A DNA stretch of 64,000 nucleotides from Bacilli bacterium (GCA_016302065.1 JAEDOI010000001.1:2754-66753), one strand, 5' to 3'. Counted from the first letter of the stretch, positions 19,115 to 30,188 are shown. Notes: generated from the letters alone by a model not told the origin. A program made the numbers and translations.

Positions 19115-20410
19115 TTATTTACCCTCCTTAACAATTTTCTTTTGTTTTTTATTGAAACGTTTTTGGCGAATATTTTTAAAAATTCTAATAGCAAAAATAG
19201 TTAAGCCTGAGAAGTAAACAATAATACCTGTGATTAAACTTGAAATTTCGTTTGGGAAAATAATTTGAGTCATAAATCCAGCACCATGACTAATCCAAGC
19301 TGTAAATAATGAAGCAAATATAACGCCTATTGGATTAATTTGAGCAAGGAATGCAACAACAATTCCATTCCATGGAAGGGCAGGAAGAGAATTTGATAAT
19401 TGGGCTTGCCATTGCTCTAAATCTGCTAAATAATAAAGAGCAGCTCCAACAGCAGCTAAAGCACCGCTTATTGCCATTGAAATAACAATGTTTCTTTTTT
19501 CTTTCATACCAGCATATTTTGTAGCATCTTTATTAAATCCACTTGCTTTAAGTTGATAACCTAATGTTGTTTTAGAAAGGATAAACCAACATACAATTGC
19601 TAGTAAAATAGCAATAAATATTGCAATAGTAAAATAGCTTCCTAATTGAGATGATAATCCAAGATCTGGAAGTTTTGCACTTGGATTGAATGAAGTAATT
19701 CGATATGTCTTCATTCCTTGTCTTATGTCTACACAGCCTTTTAAATAAGTTTGAAATGAATAGTTAACGAAGAAAAGTGCAATCCAGTTTAACATAATTC
19801 CTGAAATAACTTCATTAACATTAAATTTTGCTTTTAAAAGTCCAGGAATGGAACCATAAATTGCTCCAAATATAAAAGACATTAATAAACATACATACCA
19901 AGGACATTTAAATTGAAGAGCAAAAATTAATGCTCCAAACATTCCGATAACATATTGACCAGCAACACCTATATTAAACATACCACTTTTATATGAAAAA
20001 ATAACAGATAATCCAACACAAATTAGTGGAGCAGTTTTTGCAAGTATTGCAAATAAATTTTTTATAGCGCTAGGGCCACCATTTAAGACATTCCCAGAAA
20101 GCATTACGAAGAATTCATAGAAAGCATTAGATGGATTCATACAAATAAGAATAATAAGTCCCAAGATTAAGCCAGCAAGGATACATGCAAGAGAAGCATA
20201 TAATTTGTAAGCTCCATCACTAATAAACATTCTTTTAAAATTATCTTTACTTATTATAATTTTCTTGCTTTTATTCGTAGAGATCTCTTTTTTCAAATCT
20301 TTAGAAGAGGAAAGAGTAGATAAAATTTTATCATTATATTTCTTAATAAATAGAAGTGAAATTGCACATATGGCAATCATCATCACAACAAAAACTATAG
20401 CAATTCCCAT
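19115..20410 (-). CDS. ABC transporter permease (nucleoside/simple-sugar family)
   Basis: Multi-TM protein, operonic with the ATPase and the BMP lipoprotein. Confidence 0.75.
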   Translation of the reverse strand: MGIAIVFVVMMIAICAISLLFIKKYNDKILSTLSSSKDLKKEISTNKSKKIIISKDNFKRMFISDGAYKLYASLACILAGLILGLIILICMNPSNAFYEFFVMLSGNVLNGGPSAIKNLFAILAKTAPLICVGLSVIFSYKSGMFNIGVAGQYVIGMFGALIFALQFKCPWYVCLLMSFIFGAIYGSIPGLLKAKFNVNEVISGIMLNWIALFFVNYSFQTYLKGCVDIRQGMKTYRITSFNPSAKLPDLGLSSQLGSYFTIAIFIAILLAIVCWFILSKTTLGYQLKASGFNKDATKYAGMKEKRNIVISMAISGALAAVGAALYYLADLEQWQAQLSNSLPALPWNGIVVAFLAQINPIGVIFASLFTAWISHGAGFMTQIIFPNEISSLITGIIVYFSGLTIFAIRIFKNIRQKRFNKKQKKIVKEGK

Positions 20411-20415
20411 ATATT

Positions 20416-21969
20416 TTAATCTCCTTCCTTAAAATTATAAGTATTTTTACTTCCAGCCATATAAAGTCCAAGTTCTTCTCTTGTAGTATTTTTTGGATCT
20501 AATTCACCTACAATTTGCCCTTTAAACATAACAAGGATTCTATCACTTATTTTTAAAACTTCATCTAATTCATAAGAGACTACAAGAATTGCCTTTCCTT
20601 TATCTCTTTCATTAATCAATTGATTATGAATATTTTCAATAGCCCCAACGTCAAGACCACGGGTAGGTTGAACAGCAACTAAAATTTCAGGGTCTCTTTC
20701 AATTTCACGAGCAATAATTGCTTTTTGTTGATTACCTCCAGACATACTTCTAACAACTGTAGAAGAACCTTGCCCAGATCGAATATCATATTTATCTATC
20801 AATTCATTAGAATTTTCATTAATTGTTTTTTTATTTTGGATAACTTTACCTTTTGTGTATCTTTTTTTCCAATAATTTTCTAATATTAAGTTATTTTGAA
20901 GGTCATAATCTAAGACCATACCATATTTGTGCCTATCTTCAGGAATATGGCAAAGACCTAAATTATTACGTTTAAAAATAGATAATTTAGTTATGTTTTT
21001 GTCCTTTATATAGATATTTCCTTTTTCTACTTTTTCAAGTCCTGTAATCCCAAAAACTAAATCGCTTTGTCCATTTCCATCAATTCCTGCGATAGTAACA
21101 ATTTCTCCGCCTCTTACATCAAAAGAAACATTATTTACGCTTAAAACTCCTTTATGGATTTTATCTAACATTGATAGATTTCTAATTTTTAAAACAGTAT
21201 CTTTAATAATAGGTTCTTTCTTAGAATAAGAAAATGTAATTTCTCTTCCAACCATAAGACGAGATAATTCTTCTTTAGTAGTGCTTTTAACATCAAGTGT
21301 TTGAACTAACTTACCTTTTCTTAAAATTGAACAGGTATCAGCAACTGCTAAGATTTCATCTAATTTATGTGAAATAAATAGTATTGATTTGCCTTCTTTT
21401 GCTAGGTTTTTCATAATTAGTAATAATTCGTCAATTTCTTGAGGAGTTAAAACAGCAGTTGGCTCATCAAAAATTAAGATGTCATTCTCTCTATAGAGCA
21501 TCTTAAGAATTTCTGTCTTTTGTTGCATTGAAACATTAATGTCTTCAATTTTAGCGTTAAAATCAACTTCAAATCCATATTGTTTTGAAAGTTGTTCTAA
21601 TCTCTTTTTAGCATATTTAAATTTTATAAATCCACATTTTGTAGGTTCTACACCTAAAATTATATTTTCTAAAACAGTAAAAACTTCAACAAGTTTAAAG
21701 TGTTGGTGGACCATTCCAATGCCTAATTCGTTAGCTACATTAGGATCTTTAATAACAACTTCCTTGCCTTTAACTTTGATTTTACCACTTGTTGGTTGAT
21801 ACATACCAAAAAGAATACTCATTAATGTTGATTTTCCTGCACCATTTTCACCAAGAAGAGCGTGTATTTCACCTTTTTTTACTTTTAAGGAGATATTATC
21901 GTTAGCAACAATTCCAGGGAATTCTTTAGTAATGTTTTCTAATTCAATGACATATTCTTCATTTTCCAT
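20416..21969 (-). CDS. ABC transporter ATP-binding protein with duplicated NBD
   Basis: Two Walker A and two signature motifs. Length is 517 aa. Confidence 0.85.
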   Translation of the reverse strand: MENEEYVIELENITKEFPGIVANDNISLKVKKGEIHALLGENGAGKSTLMSILFGMYQPTSGKIKVKGKEVVIKDPNVANELGIGMVHQHFKLVEVFTVLENIILGVEPTKCGFIKFKYAKKRLEQLSKQYGFEVDFNAKIEDINVSMQQKTEILKMLYRENDILIFDEPTAVLTPQEIDELLLIMKNLAKEGKSILFISHKLDEILAVADTCSILRKGKLVQTLDVKSTTKEELSRLMVGREITFSYSKKEPIIKDTVLKIRNLSMLDKIHKGVLSVNNVSFDVRGGEIVTIAGIDGNGQSDLVFGITGLEKVEKGNIYIKDKNITKLSIFKRNNLGLCHIPEDRHKYGMVLDYDLQNNLILENYWKKRYTKGKVIQNKKTINENSNELIDKYDIRSGQGSSTVVRSMSGGNQQKAIIAREIERDPEILVAVQPTRGLDVGAIENIHNQLINERDKGKAILVVSYELDEVLKISDRILVMFKGQIVGELDPKNTTREELGLYMAGSKNTYNFKEGD

Positions 21970-22029
21970 ATATTTTCCTATTCTAAGAAAAGAGGAGAGA
22001 ACCTCCTCTTTTTCTTTAAATTATTTTAA

Positions 22030-23136
22030 TTATTGAGCAAATGGAGAAACCCAAGTTACTGTAACTTTTTCAGTAACTGGAGCAGCTTTTACATCACCAC
22101 TAATTGTGATTTCGCCAGATTTAACTTTAGTAAGAACTGCTTCATATTCAGCTTTTGTGAATGTTTTAAATCTCCATGAAGCATCAGCTGTTGGAATTCC
22201 AACATAATCTTTTTTAGTAACAGTACCTAATACAGAATCAAGTCCAAGATTGTAGTCATGTCCACCAATTTCAGTCCATTTATCTTGGCTATAAACTTCA
22301 AGAGCACTTGTAACAGCAGCACTTAAACCTTTCATAGCACTGGTTAAAACTTTCTCTGAAACATATGCTTGATCGGTATCAACACCAATCCATGTAGCCT
22401 TAGTGCTACCTTGTTCACAACCAGCAACGACTGATTGGAAAACTTTTCCACCACAAGCAAATACTGTTTCAGTTCCTTCTGTATACCATGATTTCATTGT
22501 AGCAGTAGCACCATCAGTAGCAGCAAAAGCACCAGCATAATAATATTTAAGAGTTGTATTAATTCCCATTTCTTTACTAGCAGCTTCAGCACCTTGTACA
22601 AATCCGCTTCCATATCTTTGGACTGCAGGAACTGCCATACCACCACAGAAACCTAATTTTGTGTTTCCATCTTTAACAGCAGCATAACCAGCTAAGAAAC
22701 CAGCAATTTCTTCTTTAAAGATAATTGAAACTGTATTAGATTTTGTTTCATATGTTTGATAGTCAGCTGTATGAGGTTGACCATCGATTAAAACAAATTT
22801 GACATCTGGATATGTTGTTTGAGCTTCATAAACAGCATCTTCAAAAAGGAAACCTGGGCAAACAATAACTTTTGCACCTTTGTTGACAGCTTGTTCCATA
22901 GCAGCTAAACGAGCGGCTGTGCTATCTTCTGTTGGTCTATAATAGTTAACAGTTTTTCCGTTTTTTTCTGCAAAATCTTTAGTAGCTTCCCATGAGGTTT
23001 GGTTGAATGATTGGTCATCAATATCACCTACGTCTGTAACTAAAGCATATTCATAGGTTTGAGTTTGACAGCCTGTTAAACCTGTACCCATTAAAACGAG
23101 AGCAGCAGCTGCTAATAATAGTCCTGATTTTTTCAT
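22030..23136 (-). CDS. BMP-family (PnrA/Med-like) substrate-binding lipoprotein
   Basis: Lipobox LTGC. Typical BMP-family length and composition. GC content is higher than the surroundings, which suggests high expression. Confidence 0.8.
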   Translation of the reverse strand: MKKSGLLLAAAALVLMGTGLTGCQTQTYEYALVTDVGDIDDQSFNQTSWEATKDFAEKNGKTVNYYRPTEDSTAARLAAMEQAVNKGAKVIVCPGFLFEDAVYEAQTTYPDVKFVLIDGQPHTADYQTYETKSNTVSIIFKEEIAGFLAGYAAVKDGNTKLGFCGGMAVPAVQRYGSGFVQGAEAASKEMGINTTLKYYYAGAFAATDGATATMKSWYTEGTETVFACGGKVFQSVVAGCEQGSTKATWIGVDTDQAYVSEKVLTSAMKGLSAAVTSALEVYSQDKWTEIGGHDYNLGLDSVLGTVTKKDYVGIPTADASWRFKTFTKAEYEAVLTKVKSGEITISGDVKAAPVTEKVTVTWVSPFAQ

Positions 23137-23214
23137 TATTATAAATTCCTCCTAATAAGACTAAAGTAAATATCTACTAGAGGTTATATGTTTCATTAAG
23201 TCGCTTTAGAATAA

Positions 23215-23295
23215 ATGCGATAATATGTAGTACTAATTTGTAGTTTAGTGTAGAAACGCAACAACTATTTAATGTTGCATATACATATAAACACT
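23215..23295 (-). promoter_or_regulatory. candidate purine (guanine-type) riboswitch in the 5' leader of the BMP/nucleoside ABC operon
   Basis: Minus strand reads ATATGTA-tat-GCAACA-TTAAATAGT-TGTTGC-GTTTCTAC-ACTAA-ACTACAAA-TTAGT-AC-TACATAT. That gives P1 of 7 bp, P2 of 6 bp, the conserved J2/3 GUUUCUAC, P3 of 5 bp, possible L2/L3 pairing UAGU/ACUA, and a C at the J3/1 specificity position. Confidence 0.45.
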
Positions 23296-23459
23296 TTAAT
23301 GAATATTTACACTTTTATATTAGAAAATTATTGAATTGATATTCAATAAGTTAATCGCATTATTAATATAAAAATAATAAAGAAATTATTTTTCCTTAAT
23401 AATGATTTTATAATTTCTTTACTTTTTGTATTTATAAACCTATGTTAAAATAGAAATGT

Positions 23460-24095
23460 ATGAAAAAAGCAATTTTTTTTGATCTAGATGGAACTCTTTG
23501 GGATGCAACTGAGCAAATTGCAACATCATGGAATCAAACAATGGAAAAGCTCAATAAAAAATACAGGTTTACAAAAGATATAATTTTAACTCATATGGGT
23601 TTAACACCTGAAGAGACTGGGCCTATTGCTTTTTTTGATGAAACTTTTAAAGATAGCATGGATTTATTTTATAAATGTGTACATGATGAAATTATTTATT
23701 TAAGAAAACATCCAGGAATTCCATATTATTTTGAAGAAAAAGTATTAGAAATATTATCAAAAAAATATGATCTTTATATTGTTAGTAATGCTGATAAAGG
23801 TTATATTCAAAATTATTTATATGGGTTAAATATGGATAAATATTTTAAAGATTTTGTTCAATATGGAGATACATCATTACCAAAATGGAAGAATATTTTA
23901 TATATGAAAGATAAACATCAAATAGATAAAGTTATATATGTTGGAGATACTATAAAAGATAAAAATGAATGTGATTTAGCACATGTTTTGTTCGTTCATG
24001 CTAAATTTGGATTTGGAAAAATAGATAATGAACAATATTATATTAATTCTCTTTTAGATCTAGAAAGGGTAGCAGATAAACTCTTTAATTTATAG
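23460..24095 (+). CDS. HAD-superfamily hydrolase
   Basis: FFDLDGTLWD motif I and a GDT..D motif. Confidence 0.7.
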   Translation: MKKAIFFDLDGTLWDATEQIATSWNQTMEKLNKKYRFTKDIILTHMGLTPEETGPIAFFDETFKDSMDLFYKCVHDEIIYLRKHPGIPYYFEEKVLEILSKKYDLYIVSNADKGYIQNYLYGLNMDKYFKDFVQYGDTSLPKWKNILYMKDKHQIDKVIYVGDTIKDKNECDLAHVLFVHAKFGFGKIDNEQYYINSLLDLERVADKLFNL

Positions 24096-24125
24096 ATTGA
24101 TTTAGTTTTTAAGGAGGTTATAATC

Positions 24126-25577
24126 ATGAAAACTAATTCGAATAATCAAAGTAGTGGAGGCTTAAAACTTAACTACAAACGTACGTTTATTATTGGATTT
24201 GCTTTCTTTGGTATTCTTTTATTGTGGCAAGTTTATGATAGTTGGGCTCCAACTATGTTAACCGAGTTATTTAAAGAAGCATTTAATACAACAAATGAAA
24301 GAGATGTTCAATATTTAGTAGGAATAATGATGGCTATTGATAATCTTGCTGCCTTAATTATGTTACCTATTTTTGGAAGATTATCCGATAAAACGCATAC
24401 AAAATTAGGAAAGAGAATGCCTTATATTCTTGTTGGAACATTTTGTTGTGCTGTTGCTTTTCCATTTATTCCTGTATTGTTCCATTTTCATAATTTAGCT
24501 GGAACAATCGTAATGATGGCAGTTGTTGTTTTCTTTGCAATGATGTATAGAAACCCAGCTGTTGCTTTAATGCCTGATATCACTCCTAAACCATTAAGAA
24601 GTAAAGCTAATGGCATTATCAATATTATGGGTTATATTGGTGGAGCATTTGCCACTGTTGTTGGCTTAGTATTTAGTTTTTCAAAATATTTAGGAACAAA
24701 AGATAATCCTAATGAATATTGGTTTAATAAAACAGCTAATATTTGGTTAGTTGAAGGGCCTTTCCTCGTTGCTAGTGTTTTGATGGTTATAAGTGCTCTT
24801 GTTCTTTTCTTTACGGTTAAGGAAAATAAAATTGCTGAAGAAGTAAAGGGCGACATGGAACTTGGTGAGAAACTTGCAGCAATCGAAGATTCTGTTGCAA
24901 ATGATGAAGATGAACGTATGTCTAAAGCCAATAAGACTATGTTGTTATTAATTCTTGCTGCTGAATTCTTATGGTTTATGTCTGAGAATGCCGTTGGAAC
25001 TTTCATGGGGAATTATACAATTTATTTCCTTGGATGCGCTCATTCATCTTCCTTAATTAATACAATTGTTGGTGGTGTTGGAAGTGTTGTTGGTTTCTTA
25101 ATTGGTGGTATTTTAGCTGGGAAAATAGGTAGAAAATGGACTATTTTCTCTGGTTTAGGTCTTGCTATTTTATCTACAGTAATTTGGATTATTTGCTCAT
25201 ATACAGTCCCACCTATTACATCTTCAGGATTTAATGTATTTCCAATTTATTTATATTTTGTTTGGTTTATAAAAGGATTAGGAATGAGTCTAGTTCATGT
25301 TAATTCCTTTCCAATGGTTGTTGAACTTTGTTCAAGTAAAAAGATTGGGAAATTCACAGGGTTTTACTATGCTTCAAGCATGGCGGCTCAAACATTAACT
25401 CCTTGTTTATTAGGTTTAATTTTGCTTCCTAAATTTAATTTAGACTTTAGTTTCCTTCCAATTTATTCAGTTATTTGTTTAGCATGTTCTATAATAGTGT
25501 TTGCATTCGTTAAAAATGTTAAACCTAATGCAAAAAATATTAAAAAAGGACTCGAAGCTTTAGACGTGGAGGATTAA
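24126..25577 (+). CDS. MFS transporter
   Basis: About 12 TM helices with a central hydrophilic loop. Substrate unknown. Confidence 0.65.
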   Translation: MKTNSNNQSSGGLKLNYKRTFIIGFAFFGILLLWQVYDSWAPTMLTELFKEAFNTTNERDVQYLVGIMMAIDNLAALIMLPIFGRLSDKTHTKLGKRMPYILVGTFCCAVAFPFIPVLFHFHNLAGTIVMMAVVVFFAMMYRNPAVALMPDITPKPLRSKANGIINIMGYIGGAFATVVGLVFSFSKYLGTKDNPNEYWFNKTANIWLVEGPFLVASVLMVISALVLFFTVKENKIAEEVKGDMELGEKLAAIEDSVANDEDERMSKANKTMLLLILAAEFLWFMSENAVGTFMGNYTIYFLGCAHSSSLINTIVGGVGSVVGFLIGGILAGKIGRKWTIFSGLGLAILSTVIWIICSYTVPPITSSGFNVFPIYLYFVWFIKGLGMSLVHVNSFPMVVELCSSKKIGKFTGFYYASSMAAQTLTPCLLGLILLPKFNLDFSFLPIYSVICLACSIIVFAFVKNVKPNAKNIKKGLEALDVED

Positions 25578-25578
25578 T

Positions 25579-26313
25579 ATGAAAAAAGAAGAACTTTTAA
25601 ATAAAGTTGATAGCCGCATTATTAAGGGCATTGCTCATCGTGGTTTACATAATGAAATTTATACAGAAAATGGTTTAAAAGCATTTAAAAATGCACTTGA
25701 TAATAATTTAGCAATTGAACTTGACATTCATTTAACTAAAGACAAAAAGTTAGTTGTATGTCATGATTCTAATTTAAAACGTACAACAAATAAAGAAGGG
25801 ATAATAGAGGAATTAACTTTAGAAGAAATTGAAAATAATTATACTCTTTTAGATGGAGGTAAAATCCCTACACTTGAAGATGTATTATCTTTAGTTAATG
25901 AACAAGTTCCTTTAGTAATCGAATTAAAAGTAGAAAATAAAAATTATAAGGAATTAGGCGATATTACTAGAATTGAGCTAGGAAAACGTATTAAAAATAA
26001 AAAAATGTATATGTTCATCTCCTTCGATCCTCGTGCCTTAGTGCGAGTTAGAAAAATGGGTGTAATTACTTCCTTCTTAATATGTAAAGCTAAAGAATGG
26101 ACTTATATGTTTAGACATTTATTTGATTCTATCGATATTGAGTGGACTATGGTTGAAGAAAAAAGAGTGAAAAGATATTCTAAAAACCATTTTGTTAATG
26201 TTTGGACAATAGAAAATAAAGAACAAGTTGAGAAGGTTAAGCCTTATTGTTCTACAATGACTTTCCAACATATAAACAAAGATATAATATTTAATGCATT
26301 GAGTGAAAAGTAA
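25579..26313 (+). CDS. glycerophosphodiester phosphodiesterase (GDPD family)
   Basis: HRG motif (GIAHRGL), ELDIH, and a VVCHD region. Confidence 0.75.
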   Translation: MKKEELLNKVDSRIIKGIAHRGLHNEIYTENGLKAFKNALDNNLAIELDIHLTKDKKLVVCHDSNLKRTTNKEGIIEELTLEEIENNYTLLDGGKIPTLEDVLSLVNEQVPLVIELKVENKNYKELGDITRIELGKRIKNKKMYMFISFDPRALVRVRKMGVITSFLICKAKEWTYMFRHLFDSIDIEWTMVEEKRVKRYSKNHFVNVWTIENKEQVEKVKPYCSTMTFQHINKDIIFNALSEK

Positions 26314-26845
26314 AGAATATTATAGATTAATTAATAAAGACAAAATAAAAAAGATATCTAATAAAAAGGATAGAGATTTAGATATCTTTTTTGAATGCAA
26401 AGATATTATTAATTCTAAAAATATTAAAATTATAGCTTTATATTATTCTAAATCTTTAGAAGTTAATTCTATTGAACTAATTAAGTATGCTTTAAGTAAT
26501 AATAAGGTTGTATGTCTTCCTAGAATTAGAGATGGAAATAATATGCATTTTATAAAAATAGAATCGTTAGATAATTTAGAATGGAACAAAACTTTTAATA
26601 TAAAAGAACCCATCTTTGATAAAGAAAATATAATAGATTCTAAAAATATTGATTTAATGTTTGTTCCTTTAATTGGTTTTGATAAATATAATCATAGATT
26701 AGGATATGGAAAGGGATATTACGATAGATATTTGAAGAATAATAACAATATTTTAACTTTTGGATTAGGATATAAAGAAACTAATATAGAAGAAAATATA
26801 TTTGATGAACTAGATATTTCATTACAAAAAATAATATTTAAATAA
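26303..26845 (+). CDS. 5-formyltetrahydrofolate cyclo-ligase family protein
   Basis: Length is 180 aa. The C-terminal region DLMFVPLIGFD..RLGYGKGYYDRYL is typical of the family. Confidence 0.65.
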   Translation: MKSKEYYRLINKDKIKKISNKKDRDLDIFFECKDIINSKNIKIIALYYSKSLEVNSIELIKYALSNNKVVCLPRIRDGNNMHFIKIESLDNLEWNKTFNIKEPIFDKENIIDSKNIDLMFVPLIGFDKYNHRLGYGKGYYDRYLKNNNNILTFGLGYKETNIEENIFDELDISLQKIIFK

Positions 26846-26871
26846 AAATTAATTCCTTTATAATTAAATAT

Positions 26872-27303
26872 ATGGAAAAATTTAAATATTTTTTTAATAA
26901 ATTAGTTAGAAACTATATTTTTAAGATAATTTTTACTTTAATTCTAGGCATAGGTTTATTAATGCTTTTAAGATATGTAGCTTTTAAAGAAAAAGCAGAA
27001 ATTTTTGCTTGGTGTGATTCTTTATTTATTACTTTTGGTGTCCTTTTTGGAATAGGAATATTATCTTTATTAAGTAGTTTTGGAGCTTTTGATTTAATTG
27101 GGTATTCTTTTGCAAATATATTTAGTGTAATTATTAACAAGGATAAAAAGAAATACGTTGACGCTATAGATTATAGAGATAAAAGAGTTGAAAAAAATAC
27201 GAAAACCAGGTGGTCTTTTTTTGTTTATCTTGGTATTTCCTTGCTATTTCTAATTGCAGCGTTAGCAATTTATATTTACATTCGTTATACATATAATTAT
27301 TAA
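26872..27303 (+). CDS. small membrane protein, hypothetical
   Basis: Three predicted TM helices. Confidence 0.35.
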   Translation: MEKFKYFFNKLVRNYIFKIIFTLILGIGLLMLLRYVAFKEKAEIFAWCDSLFITFGVLFGIGILSLLSSFGAFDLIGYSFANIFSVIINKDKKKYVDAIDYRDKRVEKNTKTRWSFFVYLGISLLFLIAALAIYIYIRYTYNY

Positions 27304-27440
27304 TTGACAATTTTTTGGTTGTATTAAATTTATATTAAGATTGTTTTTAATCTTTTTTTAATTTTTATTTTTTTATTTATTATGAGTGTACTTAATAACC
27401 AATTAGTTCTTAATGGTCTTTAAGTAGGGGGATAGAAAAT

Positions 27441-30158
27441 ATGAAAAATTTTAGGAAAAAGTTTTTAGCTTTTTCAGTACTTTCTTTATCAGGAGTACTA
27501 TTAATGGCAGGAGTTACTGGATGTAACTCAAAACCAAAAGCCGAAGTAGCATACGGCGGAACTGCAACATTTAGCAGTGAATATTTTGATTGCTACATGA
27601 CACAAAAACAAGGAGAAATTGAGGAAGAACTTGTTACAACATCTAGAATGACTCTTCTTGAAAGTGGTGCAACAGGAGTTAAAATTCATCCTTATGCTGC
27701 TCCAAAGAATTCTAAGATTTCTTGGGTAGTTGAAGATGCAACAGGGGCAGAGACAAACGAAGTTAAAATTGATGAAAATGGCAATGTTACTCTTCCAACT
27801 GTCACAAGTGGAAGAAAAGATTATAAAGTTTGGTGTGTTGCTAAAGAAGTAGTTGAAGAAGGTGAAGGACATCAAGTTAAGACTGCTATAGATTTAACTG
27901 TTGTTCCAACTGGAAGTATTGCTACCGGTGTTCAAGACTTAAGAGGTTTAACAACAGAAGAAATGTTATCAACATTCTCTGGAGCTGAAGCTTTAGCTTT
28001 AGAAACTGGTTTAGCTGGTATGAACTTTTGGGCTTATGGAGGATATCAAAAGATTTCTTCACGTGTTCATACAACTCGTAGTGAAGATGGTAAAATTACA
28101 AGTGGATTATATGTTCCAGGATTTGGATTTGGAAACACAGTTTACGGTTATTTAGCAGAAGATAATCCACAAGAAACTAATGCTGCTTGGAAACGTTATT
28201 ACCATACAGAAAATTCAAACCAACCAGTTCATGTTAACTACTTTAAATCAAGTGGTAGTGATGTTAGCGATAGATGGTCAACATTTAATGCTCCATTATT
28301 TGGAAAATTATTAAATGATGAAGATTTGGATGTTTATGTTCCATCAATGGCTGCTATTGCTGAACCAATTCCTGTTGATGAAGATGGAAACGAATTGACT
28401 GGAGAAGAAGCTAATGGGGCACACGCTCATTGGAAAGTAAAAGTTAATGTTGGAGAGAAGATTAAGTATGCTAATCTTGGTACAACCAATGGTAATGCGT
28501 ATAATGGAAGAGCAGTTGCATTAGAAGATTATTTAACTCCATATATTCTTAAATATACTCAATATGTAGGATGTGCTAACGTATCTCAAATTTTAGATAC
28601 ATTTGTTGGTGATGCTGATTACTATGAAGCAACAAAAGAACAACCAAAGGTTGATGGAAAACCAGTCAAAATTACAGTCAGTGAATTCTTAAAGAATTTC
28701 CCAGGAATTACCTTAAACGAAGCTGATAATTCTTTAACCTTCCACTTAACCAAGCCTATTACAAGTGACTTTGCTGCATATAGATTAAACGAATCTGGAT
28801 TTATGCCACTTGAATTTATTCAAGATACTTTAGGTGAAGGTGATGTTGTATTAGGTATGACAAGATATGGAACTAAAGTTGAGGCTGAAGGCAAAACATT
28901 ATCAAATCCAGAAGACAATGTCTTATCAACTGGACCATATGTACTTGAAAAAGTTACAGAAGATAAGATTGTCATGAAGAAAAATGCCGATTGGTATGTT
29001 AAAAAGGATCCAGCTGGAAGAGAAGTATATAAACTTGGAGGTTTAATTGAAACAAAGAATACATTATTACAAAAAGATACTACATTTGAACTTGCTTATA
29101 AACAATATACAGAAGGTTATACTGAAGCTTCATCTATTCCAACTACAAAACTTCAAGATATGAAGAATGATCCAGATACATTACATATTGAAAATACTGG
29201 GGAAAAGAATGGTGTTTCATTTAACTGCTTAAATAGAGTTGATTATGATTACTTGTTTGGTGGAGCTGCTTTTGATGCACATGCTCTCTCTGGCCAATTC
29301 TTTGGAGGATATACATTAGGTTCTGCTGGTGATCCAGAAACAAGAGCTGCTATGATGCCAGAAGGAGTAAGTGATTGGACAGTTAAAGCAATTATGGGTA
29401 ATCACAATTTCCAAAAAGGATTAAATAACGGATACAATAGAGACGCTTTTGCTGAAACATTAGGAAGAAAAGGATTCTCTGATTATTTTGGTGATATTAA
29501 TAAAATGACACCAAAAGCCGATACAAGATATAACGATTCTGAAGCTCATACTGCTGCAGTTAAATCTGTCTTTGGTGAAGCAGGAATTCCAACAGATAGT
29601 AAAGAACAAGGTGTTGAATACTTCAAAAAAGCAATTAAAGAAGAATTAGAAGCTGGACGTTTAGTTCTTGGAACAGCTGCAAAACCTACAACTATCAAAC
29701 TTAATGTTAACTGGCAATCACAAAGTTGGGTTGACTTCCAAGGAAATGCAATCTTTAGTGCAATTGAACAAACAATTGATGAAGCTATTAAATCTAATTC
29801 TAGTTGGATGGATGGAACATCTCCATTACTTAAGATTACATTTGAACAAACATATGAAGGAAGTGGTCCAACCGATTGGATGTATGCTTATGCTAAGGTT
29901 GCCTTAGGACAATACGATATTGCTCAAGCATCAATTGATGGCGGTGAATATGAAGTTTTCAATGAAACAGGCTTATGGGAATCATATAACATTGATTATT
30001 CATTAACTATTCATCACGCTTTAGTTACTAATATTCCTTCATCATTCATTACCTTCAATGGTAAGTATTACTCATTAGATTCATTATACTATGGTTATTC
30101 ATATGGTATCGAACTTAATGAATTTGGAAGAATTGATTACAGCCAATTAGGCTTATAA
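27441..30158 (+). CDS. oppA: large oligopeptide ABC substrate-binding lipoprotein (Mollicutes-type OppA)
   Basis: Lipobox VTGC. The 905-aa protein sits immediately upstream of oppBCDF. GC content is elevated. Confidence 0.7.
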   Translation: MKNFRKKFLAFSVLSLSGVLLMAGVTGCNSKPKAEVAYGGTATFSSEYFDCYMTQKQGEIEEELVTTSRMTLLESGATGVKIHPYAAPKNSKISWVVEDATGAETNEVKIDENGNVTLPTVTSGRKDYKVWCVAKEVVEEGEGHQVKTAIDLTVVPTGSIATGVQDLRGLTTEEMLSTFSGAEALALETGLAGMNFWAYGGYQKISSRVHTTRSEDGKITSGLYVPGFGFGNTVYGYLAEDNPQETNAAWKRYYHTENSNQPVHVNYFKSSGSDVSDRWSTFNAPLFGKLLNDEDLDVYVPSMAAIAEPIPVDEDGNELTGEEANGAHAHWKVKVNVGEKIKYANLGTTNGNAYNGRAVALEDYLTPYILKYTQYVGCANVSQILDTFVGDADYYEATKEQPKVDGKPVKITVSEFLKNFPGITLNEADNSLTFHLTKPITSDFAAYRLNESGFMPLEFIQDTLGEGDVVLGMTRYGTKVEAEGKTLSNPEDNVLSTGPYVLEKVTEDKIVMKKNADWYVKKDPAGREVYKLGGLIETKNTLLQKDTTFELAYKQYTEGYTEASSIPTTKLQDMKNDPDTLHIENTGEKNGVSFNCLNRVDYDYLFGGAAFDAHALSGQFFGGYTLGSAGDPETRAAMMPEGVSDWTVKAIMGNHNFQKGLNNGYNRDAFAETLGRKGFSDYFGDINKMTPKADTRYNDSEAHTAAVKSVFGEAGIPTDSKEQGVEYFKKAIKEELEAGRLVLGTAAKPTTIKLNVNWQSQSWVDFQGNAIFSAIEQTIDEAIKSNSSWMDGTSPLLKITFEQTYEGSGPTDWMYAYAKVALGQYDIAQASIDGGEYEVFNETGLWESYNIDYSLTIHHALVTNIPSSFITFNGKYYSLDSLYYGYSYGIELNEFGRIDYSQLGL

Positions 30159-30188
30159 TCATATAAATATTTAAAGTCAAAGCATAAA

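Noticed and set aside
27303-27331. TTGACA-containing promoter-like sequence upstream of oppA
   Set aside because: The -35 hexamer is perfect, but no acceptable -10 hexamer lies at 16-18 bp spacing.
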